From Lytechinus pictus (lineage: Eukaryota), in contig NC_087252.1 in NCBI RefSeq assembly GCF_037042905.1, positions 1,798,001 to 1,862,000 on the forward strand: 64,000 nt of DNA, read 5' to 3'. Positions within the stretch are counted from its first letter, which is position 1, and each line of letters begins with the position of its first letter. The notes beneath the pieces are model-generated. The model saw only the letters and a list, made by a program, of their open reading frames with translations, was not told the origin of the DNA and did not search any database. Of the stretch, positions 13,229 to 26,884 are shown one piece after another. The translations under genes were made by a program, and so were the position numbers.

Positions 13229-16200
13229 ATATTATGTTACATCCCGTACGTGTTCTATTCATTTATATTTCTGTAAAGACTTAGCAAATAAATAAAAATG
13301 AAATTAAATTAGTCCTACGTCCGTCTCCGTCAGGAATTACAACAAATAAATAAAATAATAGATGGATTTATAACGGCGCTTTTTGCAACAATTACGGACG
13401 GCGCGCTGAGGTCACGGTGGTGCAGTAGTCAGCGGGGGGGGGGGGGGGGGGTGCTGCACATACGTCACACAGCGAGGAAAAAAAAACTAAATTTACTGAT
13501 CGGACTTCGATCTCGAGTTTGACACACCTTGATGCTTGATAATTTATCCTTTCTGATCAGGGATGGCGATGTCTATAGGGGCGACATCTAACCCTCGGAT
13601 TTTCAAGCAGTGAAAAAAAAAAGATTGGACAACTAAGGGAGAAATTGGGAGAAAGAATAGGAGAGATTTGGGTCGATAATTCGATATCAGTACGTTACCC
13701 TCCCTTTTTACTCTATTCAGTTGACATGACTGAGAGAAAAAAAGGAGCAAGTTTTGATTTTTCTTGCTAGCTTCTCAGTCCCGGGGGGGGGGGGGCACTT
13801 CCATTGATGAGTGGGACACCCTGCGCGACCACGGGTTCTCGAAAATCACCCTAAACAAATATCCCCCCCCCCCCGATTCGCCTTTGTATCAGTATTATTA
13901 TTACTGTATCATCACTTATTTATTTGTTATCATGGCCGGGGGAGGGATTTCCCCAAGACCTCTACCCCAAAGACTGGTATTTGGAAGTATGGTTTCACCA
14001 TGGCCATAGTCAATGTATGTACTAAAATGATGGGAAGCTGGAATGTTAAACTTTGTTTATGATTTGAGCGCTGAATGTGAAGATGTGTCACATTTGGCAA
14101 TCCATACTTTCAAATACCCACTTGGCTTCTGAGCAAAACATAATGAATAAGCCAGTTCACTGTTAGCTCATGACCGAGGCTCATGATCAACTTTTCTCAA
14201 ATGACCTTTGTGATTTTTCATTAGGATAAGCACTATCATTTTCAAAAGTTGATGTTGCGTTAGCTTTACCGGTAGAGTATTCAAATTCTAAGAACAAAAG
14301 GCATTGCATAGACCAGGTGACTAGTACATCAGGGATAAACTTTGGAAATCTGTTTCATTGTCTGCCTTTGGCACATTTGACTATTGTTTAGGCTACTGTC
14401 AAATACCAGTGATTATGAAGGCTCTATTTATTACTCTTCAGCTTGGATGTGATAAATATTTTGAAAGGAATACATGAATAATCATCAAATCACAAATGCC
14501 TATGTCAGTGAATTTGAATGCCACCTTCATGGTTGTCTCCAATGACCTTCTTCTGCTCGTGCGCAGTTTACAACCGTGAACAGGCTTATTGCCCTCTTCA
14601 GAACATCTTTTTGGTTAATCATTCATGCAAACACCAATACCAATACAAACAAAAGAGTTATGGTACTAGTCAGAAAATACATTTTAAAAAAACATTTAAT
14701 TGCAAAAACACAATAACCTTGGAAAAAGTCACAATATTGATTGTGAAGTTGTACTATATAGTATGTAGATCATTTTAACATGATATGTGTCAAGTTTTGG
14801 ATGGTGCATTATATACAAATAGTCCAATCAATCGACCATTTCATTCACTTTCACTGTCATAAAAGCATTCACTTCGAAAAGACAAATGTCAAAGCAAAAC
14901 TATAACAAATGTTGAGCAAAAAAAAATGGTGTCATAACTCTTGTTTCAAATTTCATCGTCACATATAGAATACTGAAGTGTGACCATCAATTTTCCAATT
15001 TTGCATTTCAGCATTTTTTATACCATTTATAAGGTTTGAGATATGACCTCATGAATACATGTACATAACTCAAATTAGCCAAATTGAAGTCAGTGTATTA
15101 TTAGCCTGGTTCCTAACTTTTAGAACCGGGGCAATAATACACTGAACTGGTTCCTAACTGTTAGAACCAGGCCAATAATACATTGACTTCAATGGGGCTA
15201 ATTATGTATTAATGAGGTCATATCTCAGGCCCCCATGGACCGATTCGCACCAAATTTTGGTAGTGGAGGTATTTCATCATGTTCTAACAAAATATGCTAT
15301 CAAAAATTCTGAAATGCAAAAAAGTATTTTGTGACGTCATCACTTCGGTACTCTATAATGGTATCCATGATATGACATAATGAGCCATCAAATTGTGCGG
15401 GGATAGAACATGACAAATTGATGGGGTGGGGTTCTTTGCTATTAAATACACAAAGCAAAATAAACAAAGCTTGTTCATTTCTATTGCGTGGATTGATAAT
15501 ACTGAGGCTAACACCGCAAAATGATTAAAAAAACCCCAACAAAACATGATTTTGCAAAGCAAGTGATACAGTGGTATACATTCCTGGGATCCAAAGAGGC
15601 GCTGTTAAACCAATTCACTACAAGCGTCACCAGCTGCCCAATAATGCCAACTTTATAGGATGCTATTAAATGCAGAAGCCATGTTATGAATGCCCAACTC
15701 TGACAGCATGTAACAAATGGTCCAACAGCGCCCCCTTGAATCCCGAGAATGTATACCTGTAAGTTGAATAAAATTTATCTTATTTATTTTATTCCCTTTG
15801 AGCCTTGATTATTAAATTGTAATGTAGAATTAGAATTGTATTAATCCTGAAAGTACTTGGGGGGGGGGGGGGAATGACGGCCCCCCAATGCTTCGCGCGA
15901 TATACAGAAGAAAATTTGAAGTGAAATTGGGTGTTTAAAAATATCAGTATGTTTTTCATGAATAAATCAGCATATTTTATTCATGATAAATAAAAAATAA
16001 TTATTTTCAGATTTTTTTTTATACTGGCTTGTAGTTTATGTGGTAACGAATGTGCGTGCCAAATTTTGGAGCGATCGCGCAAACGGTGGCCAAGATCAGA
16101 AGGGGGGGGGGGTCATCATGGTCCCCCTCCAGTCCGCAATACATCTGAAATAGCCCAGTCCTTTTAGGGTTAATATGATTGTCATTGTTATCATTACGCC

Positions 16201-18060
16201 TCTATTTTATGTTCTATTAATCCGATGGAATACTGAATTTCACAATTTTTATAGGCTTTGCACAGAGACCATCTGGTTCAAGTAGGCTACGGGTTAACTG
16301 AATTATTTCAAGCTCAAAGAAATTTACAGCATTTTGAATCAATTCACACGTTTCACATGAGAGCCCTACTTTTCCTTGTGGTTTGACGCCTTTTTCCTGG
16401 ATATAAAGCAAAGTTCAAGTTCTGGTTTTGAAATCTAAATTTGATAGGAAATGGTTGGAAGCAATCCTAGTGTTTATCATATGCCTGAATGCTTATTTTG
16501 AACAACAAAGTTTAATTAAAATAATTCAGGCTTGCTTGAAATAATATCAACTTCATTACCATAAGTTTTTATTGAAGTAGGTAACAGGAAACAACATGGG
16601 GGACAACGCTTTCAATTGACAGGAAATTTTCAGTAGCTTTTCTGATTTTCATTTGCTCATTACTCTGTAATTCTATTTATAGTTTTTATAATTCTGCGTA
16701 AGTTTTGTTCCAATTCTATTAGCATTTCCAATGTGTGTCGGGTTAGTGGGAAAATTACTGATCGCAAAAAAAAATTATTTTTTGCTTCGTTTCTTAAAAA
16801 GAATGATTTAAGTTTGCCTACTGGATTTGCCTTTGCTCATCATTCTTCTTTGCCCAGTCAGTCTCTGTCAATCAGTGATTTGCCCACTAGCCTGGCGTAT
16901 GTCATACGCTACATCCCTATATGCAGAAACTTGTTTGGTGCAATATTTTTTTCCAAGAATAACAAAGCAAATCATAGTAGTACCTTCATCAACTCAAATT
17001 TGATATCAGCCTTTGTGTATGAATAGGAAAGTCGAGTAATACAGTATTAGGGGTAGGCACAAGCTTTCTTAATCCTAAAAGGACTGCCAGGCTATTTGAG
17101 ATGTATTGAGGACGGGGGGGGGGGGGGGGGGGGGATGATGCCCCCCTCCTGATCTCAGCTGCCATTTGCACGATCGCGCCAAAATTTGACAACCACATTC
17201 TTTTCCACATAAAAAAATCTGAAAATTATATTTTTTATTCATTATGAATAAAATATGCAAATTTAATCGTGAAAAACATAATTTGCATATTTAACACCCA
17301 ATTTCATTTCAAATTTTCTCTTTTTTTCCAGATCTAATTTAAAGGTTTCCACAAAGAAAAATTGCGAAAGTGAATTTTGTTCTTATGTTTTTTTAACTTC
17401 TTATGTATTTCTCTGTTTTTTCATCTTTTGTTTTTTCACTGTTTTTTCAATGGAAATTATTACAGACCATTTAACAACTAAATTAAACCCTAAATTAATT
17501 AGGCAGACCAATTAGAATGAAAAATAATCACCCTTATATGAATTTCATCTCCCATAGACTTTGTATAAAAAGTGTAAAAATGAGCCATTTTCGGCATGAC
17601 ATTGTCTCGTAAAAAGTCATGTGGCATCGCGATGCTATACCCGTGTGTCGCGAATTTGGTCTCAAAAGTTGCACAAGACTTTAAGGAAAAGTCATAAAAT
17701 TTTGTAGCTTTATTTTTTTTCGTTTCGGAAGAAGCGCACAAAGTGGTCGAGGGGGGGGGGGCGATCATGGCCCCCCCAGTTCTTTTAGAGTTACTCCACG
17801 AGATATAGGTGTTCAAGAGGCTTCAATGATGCAGTATATCATTTCTGGATTGTTCAAACATTGGATCTCAAAACCTAGAAATTTTGAGGGCAGCTAAGAA
17901 AAAAAAAGTAACATTAGCAATGCTGCAGTGACGGCAAGCTGGCAAACCTCACATTGTCAAAAGAAGTCTCCAAATTCCTGTGGAGAACTTTTTCAAGGCC
18001 AAAGAAGGTTGCTACTTACGTCATAACTCTAAAATCAAGCTATTTTGTGAGATGTCCTTA

Positions 18061-18567
18061 AAGCTGAAGTTCACCCTGACGAAAAACTTTGTTGTAAAAA
18101 TCGCAGAAAAAATAATTAAAAAATATTGCTAAAGGTTTGAAGAAAATTCATTTAAGATTAAGAAAAATATAAGAATTTCAAGTTTTTGATTTGTGATGTC
18201 ATAAACGAGCAGCTGCCCCATATGTTATGTAATATAAAACGAATAAATTTCATTTTTTTTATGGTTCATGGTGACTTTTTGTTTAATTCTTTTTAGGAGT
18301 GGGTGTGAATTCATTGTGTATTGAAATACTAAAGGTACAATAAAAACCATTTTCAACATTTTTCTGAGAAAATAGCATTTCATTGATTTTTTACAATTTA
18401 CCATATGATATGTAGGAAAGCTAATAGCATATGACGTCGCAAACCAAATAATTGAAACTCTAATAACTTTTTTTATTCTTCGATGGATTTTCCTTAAATC
18501 TTCGCCAATATTTTAAAATTAATTTTCATGCTAATTTACAATAAACTTTTTGTCAGGTAAACTTCTT
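18061..18567. mobile_element. Kolobok-like MITE (diverged)
   Basis: ttaaagctgaagttcaccctgac...gtcaggtaaacttc inverted termini. Confidence 0.55.
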
Positions 18568-18632
18568 CAAGTTTGTTAAAATTTGAGATACAAGGTTTCA
18601 CACAGTCCAGTGAATATATGTATGTCCATTAA

Positions 18633-19395
18633 CCCTAACTAGGCCGGGCTTTTTTGGCTGTTCTGTGGCCGGGGGGGGGGTTGATTCAACCCCCCCCTGA
18701 GATCTCGGCCGCCGATCGCGCGAGCGCCGCAAAAATTTGCACGCTGGTAGTGTGCAATGTAATCTACAAGGCTGTATGGTAAAATTTTCCAAAATAATGA
18801 GATTTTATTTTATATGAATTAATTATGCTAATTTATGCATAAATCATACTTTTTGCTCTAATTCACTAAATAAAGCTCCTAGAATGCTAATTTTTGCTAA
18901 AAATATTCTTTGTAGCATTCTTAACAATGGCAATTGAAAAAAACTTTGGTTTGGAAATCAATTTCTTATGTATTTTATTGTTTTATGAATTTCTTATGTA
19001 TTTCTTTGTTTTTCAACCTTTTGTTTTTCTTTGTTTTTTTCACCAGATTTATTGCACAACCTTTTTGAAGCATAATTATGCTAAAATCAATTGCTTTCAG
19101 CTGTTTAAAGTAAAAATAATCATAGCTTTATGAATAAGACGAGAAAACTCAATTTGCATTGACTTTGTACACAAAATCACGTTTTGGAACAATTTTTGGT
19201 CTGACATGCACTTACAAAATGTTGCGTAATTTCGGAACCGCGTACCCGGGCGTCGTAAATTTGGTCTCAAAAGATGCGCGAGACTTAAAAGTATAAACTC
19301 TGCAAGTGGCGCGGTCAAAAAATTTTGCGCGGCGGAATGATCGCAGAAAATGTTGAGGGGGGGGTTGATTCAACCCCCCCCCGGCCATTTTAGGG
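18633..19395. mobile_element. piggyBac-like MITE
   Basis: TTAA|CCCTAA...TTAGGG|TTAA; subterminal palindrome GGGGGGTTGATTCAACCCCCC at both ends. Diverged relatives at about 15845-16169 and 17073-17790. Confidence 0.8.
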
Positions 19396-19764
19396 TTAAA
19401 ATGGTTTCTACAAATGACTTGGTAAGATAATGAATCAGTACTGACTGAAGTCCCAACCAGCAATAGTAGGATCAAAAAGCCAATTGCTTGCCACATTTTA
19501 TGCTTCACTAAACTCAGTGACAATATGTAAATGTAGGACATACCATTATACATGTGAATCTATCCAAGTCAAATCTGTTGGAACCAAAATCTGTTCAACT
19601 TGGGCAAAATTTGACTTAAGAAGTCTTCAAATCACATTCACATATTCTGGTCTGAATTCGACTTATAATACGCAAAGTCTACTGTATATGCAAAAGAACA
19701 TCTAGGCATGTCCCTAGAATGTTAACACAACCAAGACTTACATTAGTACATCACAATAGTCCAA

Positions 19765-20326
19765 TCATCTACTCCCACTTCTACTTCTTCTCCTCCTTCT
19801 TCTGTCTATGTTTTTTTTATCTTTTCTATCACTCTTCCTTTCTTTGTCCTTTCTCCTTCTTGACTCTTTATCATGATCATCCCTCCGATGGTGCCTGTCT
19901 TTAGATGGATCACGACTTCTGCGTCGTCTTCTACGTCTGTTCCTATCACCACTCCTGTCCCTCTTGGATTTCCCATCTTCACTATTCCTTCCTTCACTTC
20001 TCCCGGAATGTCTCCTTTCCCTACTGCTCCTGCGATGACCATTTTCATGCCGTCTACTCCTTTCAGCACTCGGTCTTCGCCTCCTCGTCGGTCTCCTGCG
20101 GCTCCGTCCTCCTCCTCCTCCTCCTCTTCTTATTGAATAATCTCTTTCATCGTCCCTACGTGGTTTCCTCGCGTCGGATCGTCTTCCTCTGTGTGTCTCT
20201 TCTTCGCTGCTGCTGCTTTCGCTTGAAGAACTGTCCGAATCATCAGAACTGCTGGAACTGTCCGATTCTGAGGAGCTTTCTTCGTCATCATCCTCGTCTC
20301 GTGACGGCTTCCTCCTTCGTTCAGAT
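19765..20326 (-). CDS. NKAPD1: NKAPD1-like terminal exon (Ser/Asp-rich then Arg/Ser/Lys-rich low complexity)
   Basis: Acceptor tttcatctcag|A in frame with ORF 19765..20361; ends at TAG. Total spliced CDS 969 nt. Confidence 0.82.
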
Positions 20327-20969
20327 CTGAGATGAAATAAGGAGAGGGTTTCATGAGGCAAATAGACTGTGATTTTTACTGACTACTTTGTTCTAAGCCA
20401 ATGAGATGAAAGTATTTCAGTAGCTTATAACAGTTTTCAGTGAAAATCATTTGTAACCAGGGTGCCGTTTCATAAAGCTGTTTGTAAGTTAAGAGTGACT
20501 TTCTTTCGCGCTTAACCATCATCAATGAATAAACCATTTAACACAGAGGATCACCAGTCGTTCTTAACTTACCAACAGCTTTATGAAACACCCGCCAGGC
20601 ATGGTAAAACGCTAAAAATAGTCACGCTTTGTGATATTCAGGAGGAAATTACAAATTCTTTTTAATCACAAAGTTCAGATGTCAGATTAAAAAAAATATT
20701 TCCAAGAAAGAGTATACGTTTTCTATGCACTTCAAAGGGATGTACCAGGAGCCGCGGACAGTTTTGAAAGTGGGGGGGGGGGGGGGGGAGGGGGGCTAAC
20801 CATGTAAAAAATCATAATCAGATGGTCATTTTTACGTTTTTGTTCACGGTTTTTGAAAAAAGTGCGGGGGCTGAAGCCCCTGAAGTCCCCCCTCCGTTTC
20901 GGCAGCCCCTGTGCACTACCAAATAAGCTAAAAGGCTGTTTTGACTGATTTTAGACCCATAATTTGCCA

Positions 20970-21625
20970 TTTTTGTCTCGCCTGCATAGCAGAGTGAGAC
21001 TATAGGCGCCACTTTTCCGACGGTGGTGGCATCAACATAAAATCTTTACCCAAGGTTAATTTTTTGAAATGACATCATAACTTGCAAAATATATGGACCT
21101 AGTTCATAAAACTTAGACATAAGGTTAATCAAGTATCAGTGAACATCCTGCCTGAGTTTCAGGTCACATGACCAAGGTCACAGGTCATTATTATCTCGGT
21201 CACATTTGCTCTACGGCGGCCGTAGTAGCTGGTACAAAAAATGTTAAAACGGCTGTTTTCGACTCGCCGTAAGGCTGCCGTAAAGCAAATGTGACCGAGG
21301 TATTAAGGTCAATGAAGTTTTGCCATGTTGGGGGTACTTGTTGATTTCCATCATAAGTTTCAGTTTATGGATCTAGTTCTTGAAACTTGGACATAAAAGT
21401 ATCACTGAACATCATTCGTGAGTTTCAGGTCACATGACTAAGATCAAACTTCATTTAGGGTCAATGAACTTAGATTATGTTGAGGAAATCAAAACGAATT
21501 CTTAAACAAAGTTAAGTTTTTGAAATGTCATACTTTGAAAGTACATGGATCTAGTTAATTAATGAAAGTTGTACAATTAGAGTAATCAATCATCAGTGAA
21601 CATCCTGTTCAAGGTCAATGAACGT
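20970..21625 (+). mobile_element. Helentron-associated (HINE/pearl-like) element with diverged internal tandem repeats; a hairpin MITE is nested at about 21192-21304
   Basis: Starts tttttgtctcgcctgc; repeated ttcaggtcacatgac...aggtcaatgaa units. The family assignment is inference. Confidence 0.45.
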
Positions 21626-21681
21626 AATTTTTTTTTTTGCTTCATTAAACGCATCGATTCGAGATAGACATTTGATTTTAC

Positions 21682-21804
21682 CTCTGTTTCTTTCTTCTCC
21701 TGTCATGACCTTTGACCTCTGTCCCTTCATCACTGGTGTCATCCATGGATGACCTGTTAATGTTCTCCTCTGGATAGAGCTCCATAAAACCATTGTGACT
21801 CCAT
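21682..21804 (-). CDS. NKAPD1: NKAPD1-like coding exon 3
   Basis: Acceptor aattttag|A, donor GAG|GTAAAA; encodes RWSHNGFMELYPEE, matching the NKAPD1 motif RWGHSGYKELYPEE; 123 nt, phase 2-2. Confidence 0.88.
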
Positions 21805-22037
21805 CTAAAATTGATAAAAAATATTCATTCTCTTGTATACTGTCTGGATCAATTCGAGCGTTTTACTTTTTTTTTTCACCTCAGCATTTTATTTCTATCA
21901 TCATATTTCATATACCATCAGTTAGCTCAATAGATTTGTTAGTTTAGTAATTTGTGCATATCCTCCTCGTACATGTATTTCAATGGTCACTACAAATCAC
22001 ATGATGCCAGCTGTAATCGTACAATGATTTGAAGAAT

Positions 22038-25000
22038 GTGCTCCTTCCTAACCACCCATGTTATATCCCCCTTACCTCTCCATCTAAGTGCTCCCCCCTA
22101 ACCACCCATGTTACATCCCCCTTACCTCTCCATCTAAGTGCTCCCCCCTAACCACCCATGTTATATCCCCAATACCTCTCCATCTAAGTGCACCCCTAAC
22201 CATCCATGTTACATCCCCCTTACCTCTCCATCTAAGTGCTCCCCCCTAACCATCCATGTTACATCCCCCTTACCTCTCCATCTAAGTGCTCCCCCCTAAC
22301 CATCCATGTTACATCCCCCTTACCTCTCCATCTAAGTGCTCCCCCCTAACCATCCATGTTACATCCCCCTTACCTCTCCATCTAAGTGCTCCCCCCTAAC
22401 CATCCATGTTATATCCCCCTTACCTCTCCATCTAAGTGCACCCCCCTAACCACCCATGTTATATCCCCCTTACCTCTCCATCTAAGTGCTCCCCCCTAAC
22501 CACCCATGTTATATCCCCTTACCTCTCCATCTCAGTGCTCCCCCTAACCACCCATGTTACATCCCCCTTACCTCTCCATCTAAGTGCTCCCCCTAACCAC
22601 CCATGTTATATCCCCGTTACCTCTCCTTCTTAGTGCTCCCCCTAACCACCCATGTTATATCCCCCTTACCTCTCCATCTACGTGCTCCCCCTAACCACTG
22701 ATCCATGTTATATCCCCCTTACCTCTCCATCTAAGTGCTCCCCCCTAACCACCCATGTTACATCCCCCTTACCTCTCCATCTAAGTGTTCCCCCTAACCA
22801 CCCATGTTATATCCCCTTACCTCTTCATCTAAGTGCTCCTTCCTAACCACCCATGTTATTTCCCCCTTACCTCTCCATGTCAGTGCTCCTTCCTAACCAT
22901 CCATGTTATTTCCCCCTTACCTCTCCATCTAAGTGCTCCTTCCTAACAATCCATGTTATATCCCCCTTACCTCTCCATCTAAGTGCTCCTTCCTAACCAT
23001 CCATGTTATATCCCCCTTACCTCTCCATCTAAGTGCTCCTTCTAACCAACCATGTTATATCCCCCTTACCTCTCCATCTAAGCGCTCCTTCCTAACCACC
23101 CATGTTATATCCCCCTTACCTCTCCATTTAAGTGCTCCTTCCTAACCACCCATGTTATATCCCCCTTACCTCTCCATCTAAGTGCTCCCCCTAACCATCC
23201 ATGTTATATCCCCCTTACCTCTCCATCTAAGTGCTCCTTCTTAACCATCCATGTTATATCCCCCTTACCTCTCCATCTAAGTGCTCCCCCTAACCATCCA
23301 TGTTATATCCCCCTTACCTCTCCATCTAAGTGCTCCCCCCTAACCATCCATGTTACATCCCCCTTACCTCTCCATCTAAGTGCTCCCCCCTAACCATCCA
23401 TGTTACATCCCCCTTACCTCTCCATCTAAGTGCTCCTTCCTAACCATCCATGTTATATCCCCTTACCTCTCCATTTAAGTGCTCCCCCAACCATCCATGT
23501 TATATCCCCCTTACCTCTCCATCTAAGTACTCCTTCCTAACCATCCATGTTATATCCCCCTTACCTCTCCATCTAAGTGCTCCTTCCTAACCATCCATGT
23601 TACATCCCCCTTACCTCTTCATCTAAGTGCTCCCCCCTAACCATCCATGTTATATCCCCTTACCTCTCCATCTAAGTACTCCTTCCTAACCATCCATGTT
23701 ATATCCCCCTTACCTCTCCATTTAAGTGCTCCCCCCTAACCATCCATGTTATATCCCCTTACCTCTCCATCTAAGTACTCCTTCCTAACCATCCATGTTA
23801 CATCCCCCTTACCTCTTCATCTAAGTGCTCCCCCCTAACCATCCATGTTATATCCCCTTACCTCTCCATTTAAGTGCTCCCCCAACCATCCATGTTATAT
23901 CCCCCTTACCTCTCCATCTAAGTACTCCTTCCTAACCATCCATGTTATATCCCCCTTACCTCTCCATTTAAGTGCTCCCCCCTAACCATCCATGTTACAT
24001 CCCCCTTACCTCTCCATCTAAGTGCTCCCCCAACCATCCATGTTATATCCCCCTTACCTCTCCATCTAAGTACTCCTTCCTAACCATCCATGTTATATCC
24101 CCCTTACCTCTCCATCTAAGTACTCCTTCCTAACCATCCATGTTATATCCCCTTACCTCTCCATTTAAGTGCTCCTTCCTAACCACCCATGTTATATCCC
24201 CTTACCTCTCCATCTAAGTGCTCCTTCCTAACCATCCATGTTATATCCCCCTTACCTCTCCATCTAAGTGCACCCCCCTAACCATCCATGTTATATCCCC
24301 CTTACCTCTTCATCTAAGTGCACCCCCCTAACCACCCATGTTATATCCCCTTACCTCTCCATCTAAGTGCTCCTTCCTAACCATCCATGTTATTTCCCCC
24401 TTACCTCTCCATCTAAGTGCTCCCCCCTAACCACCCATGTTACATCCCCCTTACCTCTCCATCTAAGTGCTCCTTCATAACCATCCATGTTATATCCCCT
24501 TACCTCTCCATCTAAGTACTCCTTCCTAACCACCCATGTTATATCCCCTTACCTCTCCATCTAAATGCACCCCCCTAACCACCCATGTTATATCCCCTTA
24601 CCTCTCCATCTAAGTGCTCCTTCCTAACCATCCATGTTATCTCCCCCTTACCTCTCCATCTAAGTGCTCCTTCCTAACCACCCATGTTATATCCCCTTAC
24701 CTCTCCATCTAAGTGCTCCTTCCTAACCATCCATGTTATATCCCCCTTACCTCTCCATCTAAGTGCTCCCCCAACCATCCATGTTATCTCCCCCTTACCT
24801 CTCCATCTAAGTGCTCCCCCCTAACCACCCATGTTATATCCCCCTTACCTCTCCATCTAAGTGCTCCTTCCTAACCATCCATGTTATATCCCCCTTACCT
24901 CTCCATCTAAGTGCTCCTTCCTAACCATCCATGTTATATCCCCTTACCTCTCCATCTCAGTGCTCCTTCCTAACCATCCATGTTATATCCCCCTTACCTC

Positions 25001-26592
25001 TCCATCTAAGTGCTCCTTCCTAACCATCCATGTTATATCCCCCTTACCTCTCCATCTCAGTGCTCCTTCCTAACCATCCATGTTATATCCCCCTTACCTC
25101 TCCATCTCAGTGCTCCTTCCTAACCATCCATGTTATATCCCCCTTACCTCTCCATCTAAGTGCTCCCCCTAACCATCCATGTTATATCCCCCTTACCTCT
25201 CCATCTCAGTGCTCCTTCCTAACCATCCATGTTATATCCCCCTTACCTCTCCATCTCAGTGCTCCTTCCTAACCACCCATGTTATATCCCGCTTACCTCT
25301 CCTTCTTAGTGCTCCTTCCTAACCATCCATTTTATATCCCCCTTACCTCTCCATCTAGGTGCTCCTTCCTAACCATCCATTTTATATCCCCCTTACCTCT
25401 CCATCTAAGTGCTCCTTCCTAACCATCCATGTTACATCCCCCTTACCTCTCCATCTAAGTACTCCTTCCTAACCATCCATGTTATATCCCCCTTACCTCT
25501 CCATCTAAGTGCTCCCCCCTAACCATCCATGTTATATCCCCCTTACCTCTCCATCTCAGTGCTCCTTCCTAACCATCCATGTTATATCCCGCTTACCTCT
25601 CCTTCTTAGTGCTCCTTCCTAACCATCCATTTTATATCCCCCTTACCTCTCCATCTAGGTGCTCCTTCCTAACCATCCATTTTATATCCCCCTTACCTCT
25701 CCATCTAAGTGCTCCTTCCTAACCATCCATTTTATATCCCCCTTACCTCTCCATCTAGGTGCTCCTTCCTAACCATCCATTTTATATCCCCCTTACCTCT
25801 CCATCTAAGTGCTCCTTCCTAACCATCCATGTTATATCCCCCTTACCTCTCCATCTAAGTGCTCCCCCCTAACCATCCATGTTATATCCCCCTTACCTCT
25901 CCATCTCAGTGCTCCTTCCTAACCATCCATGTTATATCCCGCTTACCTCTCCTTCTTAGTGCTCCTTCCTAACCATCCATTTTATATCCCCCTTACCTCT
26001 CCATCTAGGTGCTCCTTCCTAACCATCCATTTTATATCCCCCTTACCTCTCCATCTAAGTGCTCCCCCCTAACCATCCATTTTATATCCCCCTTACCTCT
26101 CCATCTAAGTGCTCCTTCCTAACCATCCATGTTATATCCCCCTTACCTCTCCATCTAAGTGCACCCCCCTAACCACCCATGTTATATCCCCGTTACCTCT
26201 CCTTCTTAGTGCTCCCCCTAACCACCCATGTTATATCCCCCTTACCTCTCCATCTAAGTGCTCCTTCCTAACCATCCATGTTATATCCCCCTTACCTCTC
26301 CATCTACGTGCTCCCCCCTAACCATCCATGTTACATCCCCCTTACCTCTCCATCTAAGTGCTCCCCCTAACCACCCATGTTATATCCCCCTTACCTCTCC
26401 ATTTAAGTGCTCCTTCCTAACCATCCATGTTATATCCCCCTTACCTCTCCATTTAAGTGCTCCCCCTAACCATCCATGTTATATCCCCCTTACCTCTCCA
26501 TCTAAGTGCTCCCCCTAACCACCCATGTTATATCCCCCTTACCTCTCCATCTAAGTGCTCCCCCTAACCACCCATGTTATATCCCCCTTACA
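22038..26592. repeat. About 50-bp minisatellite, about 90 copies, in an NKAPD1 intron
   Basis: Unit ccttacctctccatctaagtgctccttcctaaccatccatgttatatccc, with variants. Confidence 0.98.
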
Positions 26593-26740
26593 GTGTAGGA
26601 AACACAAGAGGAAGGTGATTATGCCCCCATGACAGTCCAAATGCCCCTAATTTTGCCCCCAAATGCATGCTTTTGTCGCAACCATTATTTCTAAAGTTGC
26701 CCCAGATCTGTCACAAAAATATTTAAGATTATTTCATTAC

Positions 26741-26884
26741 CTCTCCATCTGAGTGTTCATGCCCTGTCGACCACCTCGATTCAACCTGCGTTGATTCCAT
26801 CTTTCCCGGCTGTTATTGTTTCCACCGTATATTTCTCTGGGAGAGTCACTGTACATCTGCCCATATCTGACTGGCCCTCGTGAC
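26741..26884 (-). CDS. NKAPD1: NKAPD1-like coding exon 2
   Basis: Acceptor ttttttctactacaag|G, donor GAG|GTAATG; 144 nt, phase 2-2, open frame RSRGPVRYGQ...NTQME. Confidence 0.72.

Noticed and set aside
22038-26592. CRISPR-like array, or the short ORFs (PNHPCYIPLTSPS...) in the repeat
   Set aside because: No unique spacers and no cas genes, in a eukaryotic intron; the ORFs are translations of a 50-bp unit with frequent stops.
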